Shown piece after piece: positions 23,463 through 35,688 of a stretch of DNA of 64,000 bases (its first letter is position 1; every line of letters starts with the position of its first letter). This DNA comes from Tubiluchus corallicola (taxonomy: Eukaryota; Animalia; Priapulida). A program made the position numbers and the translations under genes. The DNA is taken from assembly GCA_030141605.1 (NCBI GenBank), contig JAQGDQ010000373.1, positions 62,001 through 126,000 on the forward strand, written 5' to 3'. The notes below the pieces were generated by a model that was given only the letters and a program-made list of their open reading frames with translations, ran no database searches and was not told the DNA's origin.

Positions 23463-25145
23463 CTATAAAGTGGATTTAAAATTGTTACCAAGTAAGCATT
23501 CAGACGGAAGCTTGTTCTGGACTACAAACTCTAGCTCACCTTTAACAAGTTCGCACTCAATAGGCAGCCTTGCTACTCTACATGTACGATGGTCGCCATG
23601 CCCACATAGAATCTGTTCTGTACGATCAGGCAAAAATTGGTTTGCTCGTACGAATCTTCGATGTATGCAGTTCACATTTGCTGCAGTGTCACGTTGTACT
23701 ATTACCTTGTGACCATTTACCGTGGCTGGAAAACAAAATGCTTCATCACTAGTCTGTGAAACATCAATGCAGTCTTTCTGCTTTGTCAACGCTAACTGGA
23801 GTTTGTTTCCTTGCTTTGCTTCTAGTGGTTTTGCCGTTTGCCTGGATGATGGACACCTACTGGCCATGTGTCCCAATCCCCCACAATTGAAACATTTCCA
23901 AGAAGAAATCCTGGCTTCTTGGTTTGGAACTGGCTGCTTAGCTGTGGCACCTTTAGAGTCTCTGGGTGGAAATTTCTTGAATTTGCTATGTCCTCTGCTG
24001 TCCTGCTGAGGGTTAATTCCAAGTCTCCCCCCTTCCGAGCACTCATACCTGTCACACTTCTCAGCTACTTCATCAAAATTGTTCCAGTTATTCCTCTTTA
24101 CCCATTTGGCAATATCATTGGGTACTCCAGTTAGGGCTTGTTCCAAGTAGAACAATTCTTTAACTTGTTCAAAAGTTTGGACATTAGCCGCTTCTAGCCA
24201 CAAATCTCCAACATTTCGCACTCTTGTAAAATAGGCGCGATAACACTCATCTGGTTTTCTAGTCAGCTTACGGAAAGTCTGCCTGTAACTGTCTGGTGTA
24301 AGCGAAAAGAAGGACAAGGCACGACTCTTTATCCTGTCATAATCTTGCAAGTCAGATTGTGGGACACAGTTGTATGCCTGCAATGATCTAGCATTCCCTG
24401 CTAAAGCTCGGGCAACTACACAAGGCCAGTCTGCTTTGGGGATACGATTGACTACCAGACATCTTTCTAAGTATCGAAAGTATTCCGCTAGGTCTGGAGA
24501 TTCAGCATCTTCACCAAAGTACTTTATACGCAGGTTTCTGTGGGCTGCAGCTGTATCACTCGTAGTTCCCACTTGCGGCGCTGGTGTTGATGTCCAGGGA
24601 GCTTGCATTCCAGCTTCTATTTTCCGTAACTCCAACTCATATTCCTGTTTGTCTCGTTCTTGCTTGCGCTGGTGCTCCAATATGATTTGCAACTTGTTAG
24701 CATCAAAAGCCGCATACATAGTAACATCAACCTTAGGCAATCCACCGACTTGTGTATTAACTGTTGGGCTAACTGGCTGAACAAAATCTGGTGGAGCTGG
24801 TGGGGGTCGACCTAGACCGAGGTCAAAATCATATTCAGAAGGTAAGGGTGAGTGGGCAAGCTGAAGGGCTGGTTCCTCTTCATCACTAAGAGAATCATTG
24901 GCAGCTTCTTTGTCTGAATGTTCAGTATGAAGCCCTCCCCCTTGAGCTTGAAGTATTTTGTCTTCGTCTGGTACCTTGGGTTGACTGGGTTTAGTGTTGC
25001 AAACTTTTTGCCACCCCATTATGGCTGTAACCAGCTGTTCATGACTGCGTCTTTCCCACTTTATACCCTGTTCTCGGGCTATACCCTGTAACTGTTCTAA
25101 TTCCAGTGACTGGAGTTGTAATTGTGTAAACTCCACAAATTCCAT
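23463..25145 (-). CDS. Gag (SCAN-like capsid, CCHC knuckle) plus aspartic protease
   Basis: LTPDSYRQTFR...LFYLEQALTGVP..IAKWV; CFNCGGLGHMASRC; QRDTAANVNCI...CLLGNN. Confidence 0.9.
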   Translation of the reverse strand: MEFVEFTQLQLQSLELEQLQGIAREQGIKWERRSHEQLVTAIMGWQKVCNTKPSQPKVPDEDKILQAQGGGLHTEHSDKEAANDSLSDEEEPALQLAHSPLPSEYDFDLGLGRPPPAPPDFVQPVSPTVNTQVGGLPKVDVTMYAAFDANKLQIILEHQRKQERDKQEYELELRKIEAGMQAPWTSTPAPQVGTTSDTAAAHRNLRIKYFGEDAESPDLAEYFRYLERCLVVNRIPKADWPCVVARALAGNARSLQAYNCVPQSDLQDYDRIKSRALSFFSLTPDSYRQTFRKLTRKPDECYRAYFTRVRNVGDLWLEAANVQTFEQVKELFYLEQALTGVPNDIAKWVKRNNWNNFDEVAEKCDRYECSEGGRLGINPQQDSRGHSKFKKFPPRDSKGATAKQPVPNQEARISSWKCFNCGGLGHMASRCPSSRQTAKPLEAKQGNKLQLALTKQKDCIDVSQTSDEAFCFPATVNGHKVIVQRDTAANVNCIHRRFVRANQFLPDRTEQILCGHGDHRTCRVARLPIECELVKGELEFVVQNKLPSECLLGNNFKSTL

Positions 25146-25480
25146 TGTGCTTTACTACCTCCGTTTATGTTGTCTGTATTATTTGTACAAAATAATAAAG
25201 TGTAATACAATTCCGTGTGTATATGACTGTAAGTCACTCAAAAATATTTCCTGTAGAGAAGTAACTTCGTGTTTACTTGTTATCTGTTGTAGCAAATATT
25301 GTCCAGTAAAAACTTTACTAGCATAATTAATCAGGCATAGTGCAATAAAATTATTGAACCCCAAAAAATGCAGTGAAAAATAATTAAGGGTTTTACACAC
25401 CGTGTCTACCACAAAACTGCAAAATAATTACTATGATACTTTATAAATGTTCAGTTGCAAGTACACATAAGTAACATCGG

Positions 25481-25498
25481 ATCCCACCGCTGCCACCA
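25481..25498 (-). other. Primer-binding site complementary to the tRNA-Leu 3' end
   Basis: TGGTGGCAGCGGTGGGAT, 1 nt from the 5' LTR; matches the metazoan tRNA-Leu(AAG) 3' end ATCCCACCGCTGCCA+CCA as I recall it. Confidence 0.88.
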
Positions 25499-25499
25499 G

Positions 25500-26700
25500 T
25501 GTAATGACGGCGTTCCTCGTGGGTGATAGTAATTAGTAACTTATGTAATACGAGAATGAAGCGCACTTAACTTTGGTAACGTAGCGAGACTAATACTAAG
25601 GCTTTTGAAATGCGGAGTTGTCCTTGTAGTTTATGTGTACCTGTTTCTGAATACAAAGCTTACTAAAAGACTAATTAACATTTCAATGCTTTTATTCTAC
25701 TAACAGACAATATGAGTGAATCAAGAGAAAAAGAAAAAAATACATTACAATAGTTAAGGATGGCCATTTCAAGAATTACAGCACGAGTTCTTGGTACCAA
25801 ACAGTAACCTAATAGTAACTGCAGTTTTCACTGTCCATAAGAGTTTGTGCACAAGATATCACCAATTTGAGTAATCACTATTGAGCTCAAAAGTAAACTG
25901 TTACTTATCTCTGGAGTGAGCGCTCACTACGTCAGTCCATTGGCAATCACTGGGGTACTCCATGGAAGGGATACCATCTCCAAAACATCGCTTACCACGC
26001 TCGACAGTACTAGGTGCCAGTCCCTCCACACCCTGACAACAAGGGCTGGGTTGCTTATACTGTGTAGAAGGCTCAAAGTTGGTCTTTACTCCACTCAATT
26101 GCATTACAACACATTGTCCATTAGGATAGTATTACACCATTTACAACTGTCCAGGATTTTTCACAATAAAACACCAGTTCAGCCATTTTCAATAGATAAA
26201 TTTTAAGTTTGTCCTCAAAGGTATAAACCCAACATTTTAACAGCTATCATTTTCCAGACCATTCTACCCCCTTCTCAATATCAAAAGCACATTTTCCTGT
26301 TACTGGAACAGTTCACTACATTCTAGGTAGTTTTATACTTTAGACAGGTAACTGTAACACTATATAGGCTGAATGAGAAAGCAAAACACCCCTGTAATAA
26401 AATAAACAAGGCCGAAGCCAACACACTTTCAAAATGACCTGCATAACACTGACATGTAGGTTACATGCGGGGCAGATATAGTTCATGGGTGCCTGGTACA
26501 TTATTACAACAACAGCCATAAAAAATAAAGTAAACAATGCAGGTAGCTTCCTTATACAAAATCAAACTAAGTTAGGCCTCTTCAATCGAACCAAACATTT
26601 ATCATTGAACAAATTGCATAATATAATGTACATAGGTGGTTGCTTGTAATGTGCAAGAACACACTTTAGCCAAGGGGTGGACCTAGTCTGGTCCATCACA
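25500..26700 (-). repeat. 5' LTR
   Basis: Direct repeat of 20021-21221. Confidence 0.97.
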
Positions 26701-27035
26701 ATGTGTTGCTTCAAAGTCACTTTAAAACGTATGTTGCTTCAAAATCACTTTACAACACTTGTTGCTTCAAAGTCACTTTAAAGCATATGTTGCTTCAAAG
26801 TCACTTTAAAACATATGTTGCTTCAAAATCACTGTAAGATATATGTTGCTTCAAAGTCACTTTAAAACATATGTTGCTTCAAAATCACTTTAAAACATAT
26901 GTTGCTTCAAAATCACTTTAAAGCATATGTTGCTTCAAAATCACTTTAAAACATATGTTGCTTAAAAATCACTTTAAAACACGTTGCTTCAAAGTCACTT
27001 TAAAACATATGTTGTTTCAAAATCACTTTAAAACA
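26701..27035. repeat. 28-bp minisatellite, right part (about 12 copies)
   Basis: Same unit as 19925-20020. Confidence 0.93.
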
Positions 27036-27548
27036 ATGATTATATATAATAGTATATATAGTATATATAAATCTATGAAAGAAGCCTAATTCAGCTAACT
27101 ACTTGGCCAATTGGACACGATGTAAGCTATACTATAAATTCGAATGACAATTACATGGGTAACGATGCAAATTTAACGCTACATTTACATTCAAAAACCG
27201 GTTTGCAAGGGAAGATCCATGCAAACAGGGTAAAAAACACTTAAATTTGAGATATGCCATGCTGGCGTAGTTCTCTACATGATTCTCATAAACCAAATTG
27301 CAAAATTAAGGTGCTAAAAACAAATAACCAAAGCACTAAAAAATTTGTGTGTTTTAATTTCCTATAATTAGCACAAAAGCAGGCTTGAACAGTTTTCGAA
27401 TGGTTTTTCATGCAAAATGCATTAAAAAGGTAAAGTGGGACGTCTGTAACTATGATTTGTTTTTAGACCTTTCTTTGTTTTGAAAGCATTGTGCACAAGG
27501 AAAATAATTGTGTTTTTATGCGAAAATAATGCTGTGTTTTATTCATAG

Positions 27549-27774
27549 CATGGAGGAATGTGAGGCGTTGTGTACAAGGATAGGCATCTTGGTCAACGGT
27601 CAGTTAAAATGTCTCGGCAGTCCGCAGCATTTGAAAAACAAATTTGGACAGGGCTACACGGTCCTAGCAAAACTTTCTCGTCTACCGGGAGGAGACGTGC
27701 CGGACCCTCAGCCGTTTATTGATCATGTAATGTCGCTGTATCAAGATAAATGTTTACTAAAAGACATTCATCAG
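27549..27774 (+). CDS. ABCA3: ABCA exon (NBD2 end, R2 start)
   Basis: [37 protein letters not shown]. Confidence 0.95.
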
Positions 27775-28007
27775 GTAAAAACATAAAAACGGCACAACGT
27801 TTTTACATTAAATCGGTAAAACTTTCTGCATTCAGAGGGGCATTTAGCAATACGCTAAATAGGCTGTAGCCTAGGCCGCCAAATTTTGAAGGACGCTGGA
27901 TTTTAGGGACCCAGTGTTAAAAATGCCTATCTTTTCACATTCATATAAGGTGTGCATTTTACGACACACCACAAACAGTTAAGCAGCCGACTTAGATGTA
28001 AGCACAA

Positions 28008-28296
28008 TCAACTAAACGCATGTTTTGTCAACGATCTACAAGTGATTTTGTGTGGGAACATACCATACAGTACAGTATTGTGGAATGCACCTGGTTAGCA
28101 TTACTTGTTGCGAAGCAACCCCAATCCCATGGCTGTTAAACTTTTCTACAATGTTTTTGCATGGCCGTAGGAGTGAAATAAACAGACCTGAGTGACTGCG
28201 CTTAGTACTGAGTTTGGACGACAGTCTGCCGCCTTCTATCCCTTACAAGAAAAACATAGGCGGCAGTGAGCAGCCTTTCAGAGTGAAAGGATTAAC
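28008..28296. mobile_element. Partial piggyBac-like MITE
   Basis: Matches about 31950-32243; ends gtgaaaggattaa. Confidence 0.7.
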
Positions 28297-28742
28297 AATA
28301 GCCACGTAGGTTCTAGGTAAAGCATTACTAATACACCACAAGTAATTTTTAAGCAACCATAAGAGAACTGGGGAGGAATTGCTCTAGTCAGCCTACAATG
28401 GCGTATGCCCCCCCCCCCTGTTTGCATTCTTAGTCAAGAATTTCTTCCTTTGCTCTGTCTAATTGTGGTAACTTATTCTAAAATGTGTTGCATTGTCACT
28501 TGTAGTTATTGACTGAGGTACTGAGTTGTTCACTTGATCGCATCTTTTTATGTTTTTCATGTATTTATTTAGCTTTGTTAGACGGCGTATGTGAGAACTA
28601 TAGGGAAATATCAACTGCAAATAAAAATGCCATAATGTGTCACTATTCACTCTTTGTGTATGCATGTTTCTGATCACCAGTGTCAACCAACCGATCATAA
28701 CAAAGTTTAAAGCAAAACCACACCCAATCTTAAACTGTACGT

Positions 28743-29436
28743 CAGGGGCGTCGTGCACCAAAAAAAATTGGGGGGCCCGACTATATATAATGGCGGAACT
28801 TAATTGTTCAAAAAACGTATAATTTTGAAAAAAAATAAACAGTATTTTGCGTGCAAGAAAAACGATTTATTTATTCCCAACTGGCATTTAACTTAAAGCT
28901 ATAGGAACGGAAACTTAATTAAAATTAAATATTAAATTAAAATTTAATTAAGTATTTATTATCTGTCAGGAATCCGACGCAGAACTATCGACGCCGTGGC
29001 TCATCAATTTGTATCTCCCAAACCGACTCTCTGGTACTAGGCTATCTCGAAAAACTGACTCTCTGGTACTAGGCTAGCTCAACATGACTTCAATGTTTGC
29101 ATTGTTTTTGCTCTATTATTTCACTGCTGAACGAAGCTCGAGTGCTAACTGAGCCGTTTTGTTAACTAACAGTCTTTTGTGCAAAAACGCTAATGCTGCT
29201 CAACGAGCTGTTAACTGTTCCTGCCTGCCTCCTGAATAGATTACATGCAAACAAATTAACTACATCCTGACTTTCAGGTAAACACATACTCATGCTCATA
29301 CTGTTCGCATGTATGGAGCCCTGGCCCGCTATTGCGTGTCAAAAAGTCGGAAATAAATTTGCTTACCGGCCTCATTACGAGCCGCTGACACCCTTCAAAT
29401 TTTTGACATTTTCTAAAAAAAATTGGGACGCCACTG
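28743..29436. mobile_element. hAT non-autonomous element
   Basis: caggggcgtc ... gacgccactg with 8-bp TSD ctgtacgt. Confidence 0.85.
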
Positions 29437-29459
29437 CTGTACGTTAAAACAATCTACTC

Positions 29460-29900
29460 AATTTCGGGTTCGCGCCGCTAGTTCGTCACTGTTACATGCA
29501 TTTTGCCATTCACTAGTTAGACGGATACTAGTGCCTGCATTTCGGAAGGTGCTGTACTGCTTGATTCAGATCTGTTAGTTTGTGACGAGCTACACACGTC
29601 CGACAGCTCATGCGTGAGCACAGCGGAAAATTTGAAATTTAAATTTTTATCTTACAACATGCCTAGTTTTAGTACAACACTGAACATCTTACAGTAGCAC
29701 TGTACTTCAATTTTCGCTTTCACAAACACGTTCAACGCGCTCGTGGAATATTTTTCTGTTGAAAATTATGTTAGTTTGTGATGTCATCAATAGTTGGGCT
29801 TGCCTGTTTTTCATCTATTATTCAATCATTAGAAACGCTTTTGCAGTATTAATCGTGTTAAAATGTGCACTTTTTATGCAACTTGAAATAGGATAGTATA
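29460..29900 (+). mobile_element. Unclassified dispersed repeat
   Basis: Similar over about 440 bp to 48925-49390. Confidence 0.7.
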
Positions 29901-30387
29901 TGAAAAATCATCCTGTCTTCCATTAATTTTTCTTCCATGTCCAATTTGCTATCCTGGTTGTATGGTTACACATGAATTGGTACTTTCATTAATAGAAGTG
30001 AATCATTTCTATGGCCTGCATTAGGTTAGATTAGATTAAATTTATTCGTTTCATTTAAATTTACACATATAATAACATAAAATGTTTCTTTACCATGATA
30101 AACATTATATTGAGACAGAGTGGCAAAAGACCAAGAGGTCACCTAGCAACCAACCCTATTTTTATGACATTAATATTTATTTAGTTAATCGGGTATAACA
30201 ATGTTAGCAGCTTGTTGGGAGACATGTTTAATAATTGTGTTAGTAACTAAAGAAATATATGTATTTATTATCAATATCTAATTTACTTAATCACTTTTGT
30301 TAGTGTATGCAAAATAACAGATAAACTAAAATGAAAATGCCTTAAACAATTATGGTAGACATAACACAGTAGTACAAGACTTTAATA

Positions 30388-31021
30388 CAGTCTAGCCTTG
30401 TTGTCTCGCCACTGTCCGTCTAGGGCAAATTTTTGGCGAGAGGCGAGTATGGCGAGATAACGGGAATATAACGAAGTTAGTCTATATGTATACACATAAT
30501 AGTTGATTAACATAGTGTTCCTCTATGTACATATAAAATATATTTCGCATTATGATACCAATCAACATTAAATCAGAAATGAAAAAATGTCATAAAAATA
30601 ATCTTAGAATGTTACTTTTTTATTTAAACGCAGCTTTGGTGTTATAGAGTAAGGATATCGGTGACGCTTTAGTTTCTCTGCGCATTAACCAACCACAGCA
30701 CTCCTAATCTAATCCTGGTGAGACACACACTAGATTAATTATGTCTGTCTATCGAGTACAGCAGCATTGTCTACATACCGCGGTTATATTGATCGACACG
30801 CAGTATATGTATTGATCGATTCACCTCTGAGTTTGTCTGTTTGGCGACATAACGAATATAGTTTACATAAGCACTCATCCTAGCATGACGTGGCGAGGGC
30901 GAGAAGCGAGGGTGGCAACTTAACGAGGTAAATATCAAAGCAGGAAATCCGTCCTGGTACTTTCTATGGCGAGAGACGAGTTTGGCGGCATAACGAGGGG
31001 CGAGATAACGAGGCTAGACTG
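30388..31021. mobile_element. Tc1/mariner-type MITE
   Basis: TA|cagtctagccttgttgtctcgcc ... ggcgagataacgaggctagactg|TA. Confidence 0.85.
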
Positions 31022-31251
31022 TAGTTGACAAACAGACAATTCAAACAGGTCGAAAAATCAATCAATCACAGTTTCACAACATTTACAACAATAGGGTAAT
31101 AATCATAACGTATTAGAATAAGGATGTAGTAAACAGTTATGGCAATTATAGTACTGCATTATATCCAATTTCTGTTATGCATTATAAGTTTGCAAATTAT
31201 GATAATGTGATACTGCTCATCACTTATCTTTTTCCACTTTATGTTTTACAG

Positions 31252-31425
31252 GGTTTCGTACGAATTCACATACTGGACATGACGCTAAAGTTGTCCAGTA
31301 TATTTCTAATGATGGAGAAAGCAAGAGTTGATTTTAATTTGGAGGACTATTCAGTGAGTCAGACGACATTAGAACAGGTCTTCTTAAACTTTGCCAAGTT
31401 GCAACGACCGGTGGATGATACGTAG
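31252..31425 (+). CDS. ABCA3: ABCA terminal coding exon (R2, VFxNFA motif)
   Basis: LEDYSVSQTTLEQVFLNFAKLQRPVDDT-stop; candidate AATAAA at about 33528. Confidence 0.95.
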   Translation, partial: GFVRIHILDMTLKLSSIFLMMEKARVDFNLEDYSVSQTTLEQVFLNFAKLQRPVDDT

Positions 31426-31658
31426 TAGCAGTGATTTTATTAGAACAAACAGATTTTAACCATGTTATGTGTGCACCTTTGTGTTGGGGGGTCTGCAAAC
31501 TCTTCCAAAATCTTATGAGAGTTAAAACATTAGTGGAAAGGTATGTTGCTGTGCAAATTATCATTTTGCAATAGAGCAGCTATGCTTTCTGTGTTGTTTT
31601 CATGACAGTAATTTTGTCACCGAACTTTTTACAGTTCGCAAGTCCTCCAGAATATTAA

Positions 31659-32243
31659 CCCTTTCACTACGTAGTAGCTTTTTAACTGGGCCACTTTGAC
31701 TTTTGCACATTTGACAATAACTTCTTGTGGTGTGTTACTAAAACAGAATCTTGTAAATAAACAAATAGTTGTTCGTTATTGAGTGCTAATATTAAATACT
31801 AGTTTTTTTTCTACGCATGCATGTACATACGAGCACACACACATGCACTCATACACACACACGTGCGCACCCTCATAACTTATATTTAGAAACCAATTTT
31901 CACAAAAGACACAATACTAATCTGTAATATGCAATCATAATGCATTCCATTAAACATACGTGTCATCAACAATCTACAAGTGATTTTGTGTGGGAACATA
32001 CCATACAGTACAGTATTGTGGAATGCATCTGGTTTCAGACGCTGATTGGCTGGTTAGCATTACTTGTTGCGAAGCAACCCCAATCCCACGGCTGTTAAAC
32101 ATTTCCACAATGTTTTGCATGGCCATGAAGTAAACAGACCTCGGTGACTGCGCTTAGTGCTGAGCTTGGACAGCAGTCTACTGCCTTTCGTCCCTTGCAT
32201 GAAAAACATAGGTGGCAGTGTCCCGCCTTCCGCAGTGAAAGGG
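31659..32243. mobile_element. piggyBac-like MITE
   Basis: TTAA|CCCTTTCACT ... AGTGAAAGGG|TTAA. Confidence 0.88.
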
Positions 32244-32536
32244 TTAAAGTGTTTAATTTCAATGGTGTTGTATATGAACTGTTGTTATAGAAATGCCCTT
32301 TTGTGTTACTTCACCTCCAGTGAGTTTTGTTGCCATCTTACGGGAAGCGGTGCTGGACACACTAGAATTTGTTGTTTCTGTGAACAGTAAAATCGTTTAA
32401 TGCCAGTGCTGTCTGTCATTGTTAAAGTACAACATTGTGTCATTTTATGCATTTTAAATTATCTATCTGTCTGTGTTGTAGATCTTGTTGGTATATTGTT
32501 GCTCTACCATGCTGAACAAGTTGAGACATGTAGATA

Positions 32537-33380
32537 CAGTTAAACCTTGTTATACTGCCCCCCCCCCCAATTTTAATCCCAGACTCGCCATAATGTTAAC
32601 TATTGTCCTGTCCCGGTTTCCATAATATATTAAGTATAGAAAATACCGCCAACCTCGCCTCCAGCCATCCGCCAACGTATCTGCTGTGCCAAAAGTCCAT
32701 TTTACATAATAAATTTTACCCCGTTATAATGCCAGTCAAGATAACGTGCAATGAATTGTTGCTGAAAAACAACCGTAACATTGTAAAAACAAGGACCTCT
32801 GAACAGAAAAACAATTATGGCGTTTAAATTAAGATTTCGGTTTCTTAGCAAGTGACTGTATGATAGTGATTATTAAGGTTTTGAGCAAGAAACATGCATT
32901 TTAAGAATACAAGAGTTGCATAGCTGTGGTTCAGTACTGAATAAACTGATGTGAATTTAACGGCTGTAAAAGCTGTTTGACTCAAGGTCAAGTTATAAGC
33001 GGCAGCTAATTGTAGTCCAATTGTCCAGTAATATTACATTGGATGCGTGGGTGGGCTGCAGGGGGCATATTTCTCTTATCAGCAGTAGGCTAACTAACGA
33101 GTATTTCACAAGATTGTTTCTCCAGGGTGTGTTAGGTAAAAGTTTTGCAATGTATCACTGTAGAACTACACCTGTATTGTTTACGCAGCAAAAATATACA
33201 GTATATAACACACATAATAATATTATACTATTTTTCACTTATTAAAATTAACTAAGAAACAAAATAGAGGTTACACAGTAAAATGGCTTTCATATTAATG
33301 AACCTCGCCTTACCGCCAACCCCGCTATTGCGCCATACTTAGTGGTGTCTCAGACCTCGCGTTGTAACGAGGTTTTACTG
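32537..33380. mobile_element. Tc1/mariner-type MITE
   Basis: TA|cagttaaaccttgtta ... taacgaggttttactg|TA; inverted partial copy at 43802-44307. Confidence 0.85.
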
Positions 33381-33859
33381 TATTTAAAACTCTCAAAAAC
33401 GTGTCATGCACGTACTTTTCCGTTGTTTACGATAAAGCATAGTGCTAACGTTTCCCTGTACAATCTGTTACACAGCTCTAAATTTGGCTGTGTGCTTGTA
33501 TGTAGTGTTGTAGATAACTTATACGAGAATAAAAAGAATCGATATTGTACAACTGTCTTATAAGTCTTTTCCTCTATGTAAGTAAACTGATGTTTATTGA
33601 AGTTTACAGTTTTATCCTGTTATAAAATCCTTTTACGTGTGATACTGTAGCCATAGATATGTTAGGACAAATATCAATGGCAAAACGTATAATTGCAGGA
33701 GATATGTGAGGTTATACTATTCAATATAATAAGTCGTTTTTTAGTTCTTTCTTTATACTTGTACGGACCACAGCACGTGAGGGTAGTACTGTTTGCTTCA
33801 CAGCCCAACAGAGTGAGCTTACAGCTCAAGCAACATGGAGTTTGGCTGTTGTGTGCATG

Positions 33860-35450
33860 CACACATGTCTGTGCCCAGGTAGAAAAAGTACTGTCGCTCT
33901 CGCAGTTTGTTGTCAGTTGTCACGTGCTTACCGTGAATGGATCAAGCTTGAGCTGTGACAGTTTATGTGGTGAATAAATTTATAAATCGATGATTTTCGA
34001 TATTTTGGTATGAAATCGCATGCCTCCCTGATTGCATGAATAAATTTACAGATGGTGCAAGGGAACTCATTCAGCTGTAAAGCTCGAATTTAATGAGCTG
34101 TGACAGCGTAGGATGCAAGAAGTAAGATTTATCGTTTACGTAAGGACACTCTAGGATGCTCAGGATAATTAGCTAATATTAGGTTGAGACGGATGTACCG
34201 TTTATAATGAGCGATATGCACAAGTTACTAGTAATTAACGAAAACTCCTCGAGGTCACTGTTTCTTGAAGACAAGAGAACGGATAAGTTTTACGGGCGTA
34301 CGATGACTATGTCCTCTCAACTGTCCAATAAATTTTAATGTTGCGTGCGACGTTGTAATCGTGCAAGGTTGTTGCGAGGTTACTTCAATGAAATACAAGC
34401 CACGGGTTCGAATAACCCAGCGCTGATTCCACCCGATCGTACTGGAACAGACACGTGCAGTGTGTGCGGCAAATCACACAAGGAGGGCTACTTGACAGAC
34501 GAGAGATTGGGACAACTTGAGAAGTTCAGCGTAGACATCTTTCTGCGTTCCTAGGATAATCTAGGCACTAGACAACGAGAGTCTCATATCAACTATTGGA
34601 GTTGGCCAAATTGTACTGGGTACATTGTGGTCAAATCCGCAGAGTTAAGTAATCTTAACATATTGGTAAACTGAGAATTAACTGTGCATATCTGTAGTTC
34701 GCATAAGTTCACATTGTATTATAGGATAAGTGTAAAGTGTACACCTTAGGTGATAGAATTGCAGAATTGTTCAGAGAGATACTTTTGGAAGCTATAAACT
34801 AGTTGTACGCGTCAAAAGCGCATAAGAACTAATCTTGTAAGCTATCTAGAAGCAGTAATTATTGTAAATCAATAAAGCAATTCTCTTTGACATTTAACGA
34901 TTGAGTTAATGTATGTTATCAGAGTGTTTAACTCAAGCAACACTATTTCCGACATATGAATCTGATTAGTTCGCTTTGAATTAACTAGCGCTCATATTGC
35001 GGGAGCGTAGCTAGGAAGCTTGAGGGAAATAGACCTTTTCTCACAACGCGAAGGTCAAGGTGAAGTTTAGATAAGACGATCATTGCTTACTAGACTGATA
35101 TCTAAAGCCCTCGGAGTCAGGTGAAGAATTCGCCTGATAGCAATTAGAAATTAAGCGGACATATTAAATTCAATCTATACGATATATAGATTTAAGTCAC
35201 CTTACACTATACGATCAAGATTAATGGAAACATTAGGCATTTGAAATAAGAAGGTGATATTTAGGCTAGCAGTAAGCAAAAAATATGTTTTTTGTTTGGG
35301 ATTTTATTAAGTTTATGTATAAACTTTCATATGTTTGTTTGTTTAAAATTACAATGACAAATTACATAATTGTATTTTACACAGTATTAAAACAATGGCT
35401 GAAAATTTTGTGGAGCGGTACCCCACTAATTTTAGCTACGATCCACCACT
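33860..35450 (-). mobile_element. hAT-like element with about 1.3 kb of extra internal sequence
   Basis: Both flanks match the reverse complement of 18425-18726; 33961-35259 is absent from that copy. Confidence 0.55.
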
Positions 35451-35688
35451 GAATATCTGTAACGTTTATTATTTAGATGTAATCTGTCTCTACTTGGTTT
35501 ACATCAAAACCACTGTTTATTTTTAGTTGTTAAAAGAGTAGTGGCTGTTACACTAATTCTGCATAATTAATATACATCTCTGAAACACATTTGGTAGGTA
35601 GTATATTGGTTGAACCATATGCTGCGGACAACTGAACATAAAACAGAATATACGAAGAGTCTAAAGCTTATTCTACTGCATTTGTAAC

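Larger units (their letters stand above)
20021..26700 (-). mobile_element. Gmr1-like Ty3/Gypsy LTR retrotransposon, RT-deleted (non-autonomous)
   Basis: Two 1201-bp TG...CA LTRs, 5-bp TSD ATGTG (20016-20020 and 26701-26705), tRNA-Leu PBS, gag-PR then IN then an RNase H remnant. Confidence 0.95.
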
